Below, one piece after another: positions 21,901 to 33,367 of a stretch of 51,406 nt of DNA. The notes below the pieces were generated by a model. That model was not told where the DNA came from, searched no databases, and worked only from the letters and a program-made list of their open reading frames with translations. The stretch covers positions 1 to 51,406 of the forward strand of contig CAMPCD010000005.1 in NCBI GenBank assembly GCA_946643435.1, given 5' to 3'. The DNA comes from an uncultured bacterium. Lineage in GTDB: Bacteria > Bacillota_I > Bacilli_A > RF39 > UBA660. Position 1 is the first letter of the stretch. Each line of letters starts with the position of its first letter. The translations under genes were made by a program, and so were the position numbers.

Positions 21901-24900
21901 TAAAACAGACTTTTGAAATTCAACATTTGTTAAAGACGTAGGAGTTAACTTTAATTGACCAGCCATATTATAAATATAATCAGATACATAATATACATTT
22001 TTTATTTCACCAGCACTAGTTAAATAAGCTGTAATTGGACCATTATTAGGCATTTGTTGATTTGTGTCACCAACTACATATGCATTTTCAATTAATCCAT
22101 ATGACCTACCTGCAACTAATCCGCCTAAATCTTTAGCATAGTTATTTGGGAAATGAATTGAATTTAATACATAAACATTACGAATTTTTCCACTATCTCT
22201 ATTTTCCATACAAATAGGACTTAATAGTTTTTCCGATGTTGCTTCTAGTGGAGAATATATGTCTTTACCATATGAGTAACCATTTTCAACAACACCATAA
22301 TTAATCATTGCTAGTAATGTCGTATTTGTGAAATAATCAAGGTCATCTTCAACATCAATAACGAAGTTCCTTACAACTGCACCAAAACGATTATATTCAA
22401 CTAATCCACCAAGATTGGCAATACCTAAAACCTCATCATTATCTTTTTTAGCTATTACTTTTACGTTTTCGATTGTCCCATAATTACTTTGTACAAAACC
22501 TCTACTCCAACTGAATCTTTCAGTTGCATCATAATGTAATTCTAAAACTAAATTTTTGATTACTCCTGATTTTCCAATTGTACCAATTCTTTGAATGTTA
22601 TGAGTTGTTCCTGTTGTAAAATCAGTATTTATTATTGCTTTATGACCATCAAAATCTATTTCACCAGTAAAGATTGCTTTACCTCTTCCAACTACTAGAT
22701 CATTAAATCTTCTAAAATCTATATCATTTAATACAATATAATGACCTTTAGGCTGAATTCTACTAAAAGCATATTTATCTTCAACACCTATAACTTCATG
22801 TGATGTATCCAGTGCAATATTACCTAAATAGTAATATCTATCTCGAATTTTAACTGCAAGCTTTATTACATATCTTCTATATTGATCTAAATCTAATAAC
22901 TTGATCATTTCACCATTAGCCATATCATCATATTCAAATTCTTTAATATAATTATCTTGACTATCAAATACTCGAATATAGTACTTACCATCAGCTATTT
23001 CATTTTTTAAATCAGTTACATTAACTTTTACTCTAGTTATATAATTAAACTTAAAATCTTGTGGTTTTTTGTCATTTATTTTTTGAGGTATTTTATATAC
23101 CCTTAAATTAACATCATATTTGCTAAAATCACCGGTAAAGCTTACATAAGCAATACAATCATTAGGAACTAATATCGATGAATGAGATCTAATCGAATTA
23201 TTTGTTAAATATATTTTATTATTAGATTTATTAACAAAAAGAATTGTTGCATTAACATCGTCTGTTGTATATTTACTAAAATCAAATCTATAAAAATAAC
23301 CACCTTGTAACTCGATTCCTTGATCTGTTCTAACTGTATCATTAGCATCTGCTTTTGTTAAAGTTCCACCAGTATAACCATTATATTTTCCCGGCTCAAT
23401 CTTAATATTAGAAGTATCAATTTCCTCTTTGTCCTTAGATACATATGCTATCATATCTTTTACTAAATATTCTGATAACATATTAGTAGCTTCACCTTTT
23501 AATAGAAAACCAGCATAAGCACAGTTATTAGTATTATAGTAATTATTATTTGGAGTGATAGAATATCTATCTCCAGTTAATTGACTTGCTCCAACAACAA
23601 ATGTAAATTCATATGATGTCCATTCATCTGTACTAGGATGTAATTCTATTGCATGAGATGCTCCAGAATCAGCTGACCATGCTGTCATATATTTAGAGAA
23701 AAATACTTGTTCTCCATTAGTTTGAATAGCTTTTATCTTAAATTTAATTGTTACTGTTTCACCTAAATAATCAGTAAAATCATAATAATAAGATGAATCA
23801 CCAGTTTTTCTAAAGATATGCATGTTACCTTCTGAGTCATACTCTTTAGGAATTGTATTACTATAAACACTTTCTATCCACTTAGTTTCAGATTCAAAAT
23901 CTAATATATTTTCACTTGTTGGTTCTCTTTTTGCAGATAATAATTTGATACTTCCAGATATTCCATCTGATGTTACGAAAGTGATAGTTTCGAAAACTTT
24001 ATTTGATTGATATGTACTTGTCTCATCTGTATCATTATATTCATTTGCAATAAAGTATAAATAGTATTTTTTATTTACTTCTAAACCATCATAATTAATT
24101 CTTATATAATCACTAGTATTTGTATCTATTGTTCTAGCATCAACTAATTTATCAGTTGAATCTCTAAATTCTAATCTTACAGTACCGTCAATTATAACTT
24201 TATCAATATCATTAATCTTTAAATCAAAGTCTATCATTGAGCTAGATGTAAATTGATTAATTATTGATATTTCTGGTGTTTTCTTTTTTGTTTTAAACGT
24301 CTTATAACTATATACACAATCTAAATCATAGTATGAAGATCCTTGTTTAACAGTAGATATAAGATTAACTTCATACTCAGTTGAAGAATTTAGGTTATCA
24401 AAATCAATATCAATCAATTCATAATCCATTAATTTATTTACTTGTTCTTCAGTTAAAATAGTTTCTTTAACTAATTCACCTTCAAGTTTGATTTGAATTT
24501 TAAATCCGGTTAGTAATCTTACAAGTCTACTATCTGTTTTATTTTCATTGATAGCCAACGTTAAACTATTAGATTTATCTGTAAGTTCTTTTTCACTAAT
24601 AGAAATATTTAAAAATCCAAGTGATGTAATTGGTAAAGAAGAAAAGTCGACTTCAGACAAAATATTATTTTTAGTAATTCCTTTTCCATTTTCAACATCA
24701 AAATCCGCAAATATTCTTAAAGTAAATATTGCCTCAGGATCAAGTTCATGCAATACCAATTGATTATCTTTTTGTTCTAATTTTCCACTTTTGACAACAT
24801 TTGAAGAAGAATCTAACACGCTATATCCATAATTGAACATTTCAATATTATCTTTATTCTTTAATGATATATCAAATGTAACTGAAGTTGCATCCATGGA

Positions 24901-26436
24901 TGATATTTTTGCTACTACAGTAGGACTTTCTTTACATGTTCTAGTTGATTGAGCATTATTGGTTATATATATTTCATTTCCAGAAATATCATAAAATTTA
25001 ATAGTATAATCATATTCTTTATTAGATTCTAATATTTCATTTGAATATACTTTATCTATTGTTAATCCCTCTTTAAGAGCATTAACAATAGTAATTTTAT
25101 CCATTTGATGCTTTACGCCATCTATCTCTATTACTCCACGATTTATACCATTTATAGCGTCATTTTTAATATCACTTGTAATTTTCAAATTTCTTATTTC
25201 AATCTTATTTGAATATATATCACCATTTTCAAAATCTATGGTAATTGGATCAAGTGTATCTATATCTAACGTACTTATTTCTTGTTCAAAGAAAGTAACT
25301 TCATAAGATGTAGTTAAGTCTTCCGCTAAATAAATATATGTACCTACAACTTTATACATTGTATTTGGTAATAAACCAGATATAGTAAAATCTGATGTAG
25401 AAGATAATCCTTTTCTAGAATATATCTTACCATTTGTATATATTGTATAGGTAGGTCGACCAATAATAACATTAGCTGGGTCTTCTATTTTAATACTTCC
25501 ATTTAAAGTATATACGTTTGGAGTTAAATCTGAACTAGTAACTGTAGGTTTAACATAGTTGTTTTTTTGGCCTTTATTATGTTTTTCAATTACTTGTTCT
25601 ATAACCTCTTCTTCTGTTTCTACTACTTTTTCAGGCTCATCATTATTTACTGGTGGTTCTTCTTTATTAAATGAAATATCACTTATAGAACTAATTAATG
25701 TTGAGTATTTGAATGTATAGTTTTCTCCATTAGCTACATATAAAAATGATATATGATCTCCTTCATCTATATCTATACTGTGTGCATAAAACTTATCATT
25801 TTCTCTTTGAAAATACTCTACCTTATTTTTCTTAAATGCAATGAAACTATTAACTGGAATTTCACATTCTGATGTCATAGTTTTAATCTGAATGTCATAT
25901 AAATTTATAAATACACTGTTACTATAACCTAACAACAAATAATTATTGGTATCTACTATATCTAATGTATTATAATCATATGCTTTACCATAAGAATATA
26001 CAGAATTAACATATGATGACAAACTGTATAAATCACTTGTTATTAAAGTTGAATTTTCATTTGTATTTAATATAGCAAGGCCATCATTTAAAAAGTATGG
26101 ATAATTTATAGAAACTTTAACGTCATCTTCAGTAATATAATTGTTTGTTAAAGTCTTATATACATAATTATTAGCTTCTAAAGTTACTGTATCTACAGTA
26201 GTATTATTATCTAAATCATTACTTGATAATTTATCTATTAATGATGAATCTCCTATTAAATATCCTTTATATTGAGTATGCATCACTACATTAGAATGAT
26301 CAAAGTACTTTGTTATTACAAAATAACCAACAATAAGCAAAAAAAGTATTAATATAGGAAAGAGATTTATAATAACTTTATAGCCGTATAATTTTTTCTT
26401 GTTGTTAACTAAATTATTATGTTTTCTTTTATACAT
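15901..26436 (-). CDS. Giant multidomain surface protein (3511 aa): N-terminal TM, FN3-like repeats, three beta-helix/GLUG-like modules, LamG-like domain, C-terminal TM
   Basis: GLLPNTMY, NLNSSTEY, GLEVNKKY FN3 motifs; three YIxxxDIDF modules; many YVGG/GGIAG repeats; LamG motifs DLSNNG...FDGDNSYI...LFIDGK...YNVALSDSEVRQLY; hydrophobic C-terminal helix followed by ERRK. Confidence 0.85.
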   Translation of the reverse strand: MYKRKHNNLVNNKKKLYGYKVIINLFPILILFLLIVGYFVITKYFDHSNVVMHTQYKGYLIGDSSLIDKLSSNDLDNNTTVDTVTLEANNYVYKTLTNNYITEDDVKVSINYPYFLNDGLAILNTNENSTLITSDLYSLSSYVNSVYSYGKAYDYNTLDIVDTNNYLLLGYSNSVFINLYDIQIKTMTSECEIPVNSFIAFKKNKVEYFQRENDKFYAHSIDIDEGDHISFLYVANGENYTFKYSTLISSISDISFNKEEPPVNNDEPEKVVETEEEVIEQVIEKHNKGQKNNYVKPTVTSSDLTPNVYTLNGSIKIEDPANVIIGRPTYTIYTNGKIYSRKGLSSTSDFTISGLLPNTMYKVVGTYIYLAEDLTTSYEVTFFEQEISTLDIDTLDPITIDFENGDIYSNKIEIRNLKITSDIKNDAINGINRGVIEIDGVKHQMDKITIVNALKEGLTIDKVYSNEILESNKEYDYTIKFYDISGNEIYITNNAQSTRTCKESPTVVAKISSMDATSVTFDISLKNKDNIEMFNYGYSVLDSSSNVVKSGKLEQKDNQLVLHELDPEAIFTLRIFADFDVENGKGITKNNILSEVDFSSLPITSLGFLNISISEKELTDKSNSLTLAINENKTDSRLVRLLTGFKIQIKLEGELVKETILTEEQVNKLMDYELIDIDFDNLNSSTEYEVNLISTVKQGSSYYDLDCVYSYKTFKTKKKTPEISIINQFTSSSMIDFDLKINDIDKVIIDGTVRLEFRDSTDKLVDARTIDTNTSDYIRINYDGLEVNKKYYLYFIANEYNDTDETSTYQSNKVFETITFVTSDGISGSIKLLSAKREPTSENILDFESETKWIESVYSNTIPKEYDSEGNMHIFRKTGDSSYYYDFTDYLGETVTIKFKIKAIQTNGEQVFFSKYMTAWSADSGASHAIELHPSTDEWTSYEFTFVVGASQLTGDRYSITPNNNYYNTNNCAYAGFLLKGEATNMLSEYLVKDMIAYVSKDKEEIDTSNIKIEPGKYNGYTGGTLTKADANDTVRTDQGIELQGGYFYRFDFSKYTTDDVNATILFVNKSNNKIYLTNNSIRSHSSILVPNDCIAYVSFTGDFSKYDVNLRVYKIPQKINDKKPQDFKFNYITRVKVNVTDLKNEIADGKYYIRVFDSQDNYIKEFEYDDMANGEMIKLLDLDQYRRYVIKLAVKIRDRYYYLGNIALDTSHEVIGVEDKYAFSRIQPKGHYIVLNDIDFRRFNDLVVGRGKAIFTGEIDFDGHKAIINTDFTTGTTHNIQRIGTIGKSGVIKNLVLELHYDATERFSWSRGFVQSNYGTIENVKVIAKKDNDEVLGIANLGGLVEYNRFGAVVRNFVIDVEDDLDYFTNTTLLAMINYGVVENGYSYGKDIYSPLEATSEKLLSPICMENRDSGKIRNVYVLNSIHFPNNYAKDLGGLVAGRSYGLIENAYVVGDTNQQMPNNGPITAYLTSAGEIKNVYYVSDYIYNMAGQLKLTPTSLTNVEFQKSVLNDNFDYQNTVTYGYYPHVVYTSEIMPKQEYVELPKIAEDTIVDIVSTKVVDKKNNEATLDVEVLNPYGNTITKIDIANVDTEIISSEFENGVTRLKLKMLNPSIYVSNYTVRKVSSMDYLGYTYEKTYLDNEKTINVDFYREIYNTKDWININNSNNENYILMADIDFLGESKNYNISYFYGTLNGNGHTIKNIYMDNMGNSGLISYLSGTIKNLYVENITNTMNQDNVGLLIGTIQKQSLVDNVHIKGGKIECGSARENKSTNNLGIMSGYASYSTIQNSSIVDVNIIVTAKATNLYAGSFNGTGSGLTIRNSYARNVNITADNTLSVSGIGLILGGDNTASGNILDVYAIGNISSNGINTGGIAGSYAGRIKNCYSAVNISSGGNLYGGIAGNFNNNYIEDVDSNLYVGNVYGKNSGLSFGKILPNDGVSASNYALKDSYVDGEYDPNAYISHGETLVTKDKLYSENLIGEVLSNGNYDLNVNYNQLPKLYYSDRQEYLPNQIDNEIPIDILPIESLSTTKNPDYLFIVMTLDNPNNYDVKSVDISGLNVSTEAIFTNEGKTTLQLRATPEKFYDSYQITGINYVDNNGEEQKSYKERKIEASFYKYLSTVEDWNNISTTDYENYILANDIDFTGKTVQSGVVFNRLVTDSDDHNYTLKGIDIVFNSKDYNLSLISSINTELKNISFRNITIYNKSTSGTQYYGLIGTVNGNVENCDFYNINISKKNNNSGNTGLITNMNGAEVNNIKLDGITVSGANFTSGFIVNIGPGEKNYKNITAKNMTIIGSQYIGGIFSQMSTNSIGYFNKYKISDSNIKGTNYVGGIIGKGWLDEAEVTNVDVTGTSYVGGVYGYLYVAFKINRPFENVSVYDSRISGSGERIGGIFGARQEGMQSSPRSYSNYYLVKNSKITGLSSTTKYLGGLGGYSHTAGDSSGLQNSAVIDCIVTSLGRDTGGVMGYINRGTLAYTYIDNTTVTGDVNVGGLIGETGVDTLEDYHDNIISRTTVNANLSAGGVIGYDANKNSETSIGGVKMYYLSLEDVNVGAKSSAGGLIGRSNVDLVYPDQNASNYMDVHVTSNDDSIGLFTGDSHNTSFFKMGRMGIYKDTSLNGTKVSDLITEDNDVYRTFTVDTFYKGYLSSGVPTTNSSNMNAVYTEKIRLKAGHKYIIEFDSNYIQTNVAFIAIYRPDGSYVSQLTGSNSYYSRTTEWNGYIGKYNFDVYRDCDISVGIYNSDNINSVKVTEINNTYGVPSSQMILDEYEIRDVVTWANKPFSTNAASSSHGSVLYFRETYWDYSPLKSEDKHVTVEDLSNNGYTGNAVVDNYGKNGFLFDGDNSYIKINQLPIANQATISFNLLDISVQKELSDLFYAVDANGKYIYLKYRWGRIYLSTNNGDKNFQYVTSNNRDYQLTISWNSSELKLFIDGKKIGTIKNYKILSTGNSNIYIGTRPNPNTYQGYVGRIKAFQYYNVALSDSEVRQLYDLGTPLNRDSLKVYYNLTSYEDNGGYSYPKLIQPTNTEVYKEQKLIPLPGTTSINNSLLGARRLSYSPLSMVELNEDSYKIYSSGIDTLNVEFTNYTPDLKFEYDYHGNTYTTDVEDNILSLYYEYDDDITIRLKDSFSTYEHTYSSDELSNTLSIYGNKYYYIKDSSLYEKDEKIADNIVNVKDGLALSSDHKVYVINDNEYQDYYRREGFVAFDIPISTATIDTKFIETYLTFTKIYDSDGNVTIRDGQLLFKNNYLYMFNHDNYIKNNIVFNYYNNKEYQIVLSKTNNIYSIQNNIKLPNQFLNSNIIEIIGDSESDNPIMMVRYDNATVVVFDYTNGNVLYRSSSFPVVSLTSFFKTSFIDVNLSSTYDDSYKETSKVIDFIENANNEIVDQYYSKYDDYTNLIFTDDEYDENGNYLNTSIVNNSSINNKYVVSLSSSNKYEVYSVANLLADDDVINEYQKIVGNATLKRSYDNKTNSKLFNNRNSILITMLIIILINLSIFIRLFERRKNNETK

Positions 26437-26453
26437 ATTAATACTTCCTTTTC

Positions 26454-27212
26454 TTATTGATTTTGTATTGAAGTTAACGCATCTATATTTTTATTTAAAA
26501 GACTAAAATCTTTCTCGTTATAATTAACCATATCTGTTGTTAAATTAATAACTAAAGAATCTACATAAGCGATAACATCATCTTTTGTTTTTTCAATTAT
26601 AATATATTTATCATTTTGTCTATCATATATTTCAACTTGATCACGATAACAAGCAATAACATATGATAAAGGAGTTAACTCATAAGTTATTCCATCAACT
26701 ACTACTTTAGTCTCATATGGAAAAAAATATAAATCATTACCATCATATAAGAATCCTTTATCTATATATATATTTTTGTTGTTATTCTTTAAATAAACTT
26801 GAGTACCAGTATTTGCTACATCATATGATAATTCAGCAAAATATGTTGTTTTCAATTTCTTCTTATTGTTTAAATATAATCCCATATTTTGAGGTAATAT
26901 AACACTTGTTGTATCTTCAGAATAATATATTGGAATTGAATTAGTTTGAATAGTATCATCATTTGAAGTTTCGATATTAGTTATATTACCATCTCTAACT
27001 AATGTTACTTTACCAGTATATTCATATTTAATATTAGTGTAATATGAATATAAACTAGATTCTTTTGTATCATATTCTACTCTATTTAATGATTTATAAT
27101 ATCTAGTTATAAAATAAATAGCAAAGAATATAAGGACTAAAGTAATAACAATTAAAGTAGTAATTATAACTACATTCTTTTTATTTTTTAGTTTAAAAAA
27201 TTTAGTTTTCAT
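26454..27212 (-). CDS. Membrane-anchored protein consisting of the shared beta-rich domain
   Basis: Basic N-terminus plus TM helix; by-eye similarity to the N-terminal domain of the 3511-aa protein. Confidence 0.75.
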   Translation of the reverse strand: MKTKFFKLKNKKNVVIITTLIVITLVLIFFAIYFITRYYKSLNRVEYDTKESSLYSYYTNIKYEYTGKVTLVRDGNITNIETSNDDTIQTNSIPIYYSEDTTSVILPQNMGLYLNNKKKLKTTYFAELSYDVANTGTQVYLKNNNKNIYIDKGFLYDGNDLYFFPYETKVVVDGITYELTPLSYVIACYRDQVEIYDRQNDKYIIIEKTKDDVIAYVDSLVINLTTDMVNYNEKDFSLLNKNIDALTSIQNQ

Positions 27213-27729
27213 CTTTGGTCACCAGTCTTTTTTTACGTTTTTGAAGTGTTATCATTATTTTAAAATTAAAAGCTAGAAATGTATAAGCTAAGCTTAAAAT
27301 AATAAATATTATCTTCAATGTATTTATACCTAAGCTATATTGAATAATACTTAAATATAAATTAATTTTATATAGTATATTTAGAGATGCTACAGTAATA
27401 ACAGCACTTGTCAAATCCAATACTATTATTTTAATATTTAAAGAAAATATTATTGATATCAATAAGTTTATTAATATCAGATATATTCCAAACGATGTCG
27501 CATCACTTAATGTAATAGTAAAATATACAACATATAATAAATTTAATATAGCTGAAGCGTAAATAATAATGTCTATGATACTTAGATTAATTAACAAAGA
27601 ATAGTAATTTTTAAATTTAATATTATATTTTTTAGTAATTTTATTACTAAAGAATGATAGTATTACTACTCCAACTATTAATAAAATAAATAATGAAACA
27701 ATAGAATTCTTATATTCAAATAAATTCAT
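27202..27729 (-). CDS. Polytopic (~5 TM) membrane protein of unknown function
   Basis: Highly hydrophobic 175 aa with a basic C-tail; tightly coupled to neighbours (2-nt gap, 11-nt overlap). Confidence 0.75.
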   Translation of the reverse strand: MNLFEYKNSIVSLFILLIVGVVILSFFSNKITKKYNIKFKNYYSLLINLSIIDIIIYASAILNLLYVVYFTITLSDATSFGIYLILINLLISIIFSLNIKIIVLDLTSAVITVASLNILYKINLYLSIIQYSLGINTLKIIFIILSLAYTFLAFNFKIMITLQKRKKRLVTKDEN

Positions 27730-27731
27730 TA

Positions 27732-30548
<2,817 letters not shown>

Positions 30549-30571
<23 letters not shown>

Positions 30572-32171
30572 TTGTTTCCTTATTACTTATAGATATTGTA
30601 GGTTTGTTTATCACATTTGTTGTTACAGAAACATTATTATTCTTTTCTTCTTGTTTAACTCCTTCGTCCATCTTTTGAATAGGTGTTGGAATTGCACTTG
30701 AAGTAGCAACATTAACTATATTTTGTTTGATTTTTGGTACATCGGTAGTAACATTACCATCTTTTCTTTCATTAACAGTATTTATATTAGTCGAATTAGA
30801 ACTTACAGGTTTTGTAATTGTGTTTAACATTTGGATTTTGTTTTTTGTATCAGCATCTAAAATAAAATCAAACATGTTAATCATTTTATCAACAGCTAAT
30901 GGTGAAAATTTAGGTTGTTTAAATAGATTTAGTAGTTTATTTCCTGTTTTAATTTTTATTTTTAAATCCTCTGTCATTTGGTCTTCATTAACTAATTGAT
31001 AAACGCTGGCCGATTCCAAGTAACTTAATAATTCTCTTCTAACTTTTGAGCCTAATATTTTCATTGCTTCATTTTGAACAGCTCCACCAAGTCTAGATAC
31101 ACTTAAGCCATAGTTAACAGCTGGCTTTTGTCCCTTTTGGAATTGCTTTTCCGATAAAACAATTTGTCCGTCAGTTATAGAAATAATATTTGTAGAAATA
31201 TAATCAGTAATATCTCCACCTTTTGTTTCAACAATTGGTAGAACAGTTATTGAACCACCATTTTTATGTTGACATCCTTTTTCAAGCAATCTCGAATGAG
31301 TATAAAATATATCGGCAGGATAAGCATCACGCGCAGTATTCTTTTCAGATATTAAAGCGATTTCTCTAGCAGCATCTGCATGTTTCTTTAAATCATCAAA
31401 TACTACTAATACATCTTTACCTTGAGCTAAATACTCTTGAGCTATAGACATAGCAATAAAAGGAGTAAGTTTCATAATTGGTGCTGGTTCATCATTGAAA
31501 ACAGAAACAATAAGTGTATAAGAGTTAGCGCCTTTTTTCACTAAATTAGAATATATATTCTTTAATTCTTTTTTAGTTTTACCAATTGATACATAGATAC
31601 AAATAACATTTTTATCTTTTTGATTAGCTATTGTATCAAGTGCTATTTGAGTTTTACCAGTTTTCTTATCACCAATAATTAATTGTCTTTGTCCTCTACC
31701 GATTGGAAACATCATATCAATAGCAGCTATACCTGTTTCAAGTGGTCTATTAACACTAGTTCTATCCATAATAGGAATATTTGGAGTTTCTACTTTAATT
31801 TGTCTAGAATTTAAGACTTTTTTTCCAGTCATTCTATCATACCCAAAAGGATCTATAATTAATCCTAAAGAAGATTCCGAAAAACTAGTAGTAAACTCTT
31901 CTCCAGTAGCTATCGCTAAATCTCCAACCTTTATTTCATTATTAGTTTTTACTAAAGCTATTGTAACTGAATTCGAAGATATTTTATCAACATATCCAAT
32001 GTTTTCTTCATTATTTATCATTACTTTTTCAAAGTAACTTACTTCACCTATTCCAGTTACTTCAATGATAAATTCATTTACTCTTACTACCTTTCCAGTA
32101 CTATATAAATTTTTTCCTTGTATTATATCGTCAAGTTTTTTTGATATTTGACTTTCTGAATTTCCATTCAT
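30549..32171 (-). CDS. atpA: F1-type ATPase alpha subunit (divergent, low-complexity C-terminal tail)
   Basis: PIGRGQRQLIIGDKKTGKT, FDDL, AYPADIFYTHSRLLE, TNIISITDGQI, SVSRLGG (Arg finger). Confidence 0.92.
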
Positions 32172-32186
32172 TTTTATTCACCCTTA

Positions 32187-32945
32187 CTAAATGCTGTAGT
32201 CATAAATAATTCCCTTGTGGACAATGCGTATTCCCTCAGTAATGTGCTTATCATATTTAGTTCTAACAAACTCATTTAAACCATCATAATTTTCATTTTT
32301 ATTACCTACATATACGTACACATAATTATCATGTATAGATAAATAATTATCTAAACGATTGATAAATTTTTCTATTTTAAATTTTTTACCAATATATTCA
32401 CTTACAATCTCATATTCTTCAGGAGTAAGTAACTCTTGAATCAATTCTAATTGTGTTTTGTTATCAAAAGATGAAAGCTTAAATATAACATCATATGTGA
32501 AATAACTTCTAACCCTATATAACGTATCATAGTTCACTTCTTTAACAGGTTTGTGTTCCTCAATAAATTGTAATATTTTTGCTTTTCTATCAAAATTTAA
32601 ACTTTTTTTGATATCTTTATACTTTTGTATAACATCATCGTCTTCAAAGTCTATGTTATTAACTACAACAGAATTATTAGATACATCATTTGTGTTGCCA
32701 CTTATTTCTGTGTTTTCTATTTCCTCTTCTATCCTTTTTAATTCTACACTTTTCTTATATATTTCTTCGTTTAATTCGGTTGTCTTTTTTTCTCTTTCTT
32801 CAACCAAATAATCAAACTCTTTCAAGTTACCTACAAAAATCTTTTTTAGTAATAAATTAATCTTTTTTGTTGTAACATACAAAATAAAAGCAATTATTAC
32901 AAGAAAAATTGCTTCTACTAAAATAATAACTATAGTTTCATTCAT
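32187..32945 (-). CDS. Putative b/delta-like peripheral-stalk fusion protein
   Basis: Occupies the atpF-atpH position; N-terminal TM plus charged coiled coil; C-terminus YDKHITEGIRIVHKGIIYDYSI resembles the delta/OSCP end (DxxxxGGxxIxxGxxxxDxS). Confidence 0.6.
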   Translation of the reverse strand: MNETIVIILVEAIFLVIIAFILYVTTKKINLLLKKIFVGNLKEFDYLVEEREKKTTELNEEIYKKSVELKRIEEEIENTEISGNTNDVSNNSVVVNNIDFEDDDVIQKYKDIKKSLNFDRKAKILQFIEEHKPVKEVNYDTLYRVRSYFTYDVIFKLSSFDNKTQLELIQELLTPEEYEIVSEYIGKKFKIEKFINRLDNYLSIHDNYVYVYVGNKNENYDGLNEFVRTKYDKHITEGIRIVHKGIIYDYSI

Positions 32946-32949
32946 ATTA

Positions 32950-33207
<258 letters not shown>

Positions 33208-33228
33208 TTATTGTATTCAACATATTGT

Positions 33229-33237
33229 ATTATATCA
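33229..33237 (-). promoter_or_regulatory. Extended -10 promoter of the ATPase operon
   Basis: TG-A-TATAAT about 35 nt upstream of the atpE start; no clear -35. Confidence 0.55.
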
Positions 33238-33338
33238 CAAGGATTGTATTTAAAAAAGATTTTTTAACAAAAATATGGTATATATTTCTAAAAAAAAGTT
33301 AATCTGCGCGGCCACAATTATACTCAATTAATACTAAT

Positions 33339-33365
33339 AAAAACAGGTAGCAATTACCTGTTTTA
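33339..33365 (-). terminator. Intrinsic terminator between the kinase gene and the ATPase operon
   Basis: AAAACAGGTA-GCAAT-TACCTGTTTT inverted repeat just after the kinase stop. Confidence 0.7.
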
Positions 33366-33367
33366 TT

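Noticed and set aside
15901-26436. Active M26/IgA1 metalloprotease
   Set aside because: Only N-terminal-type beta-helix modules are visible; no HExxH motif found on reading the translation.
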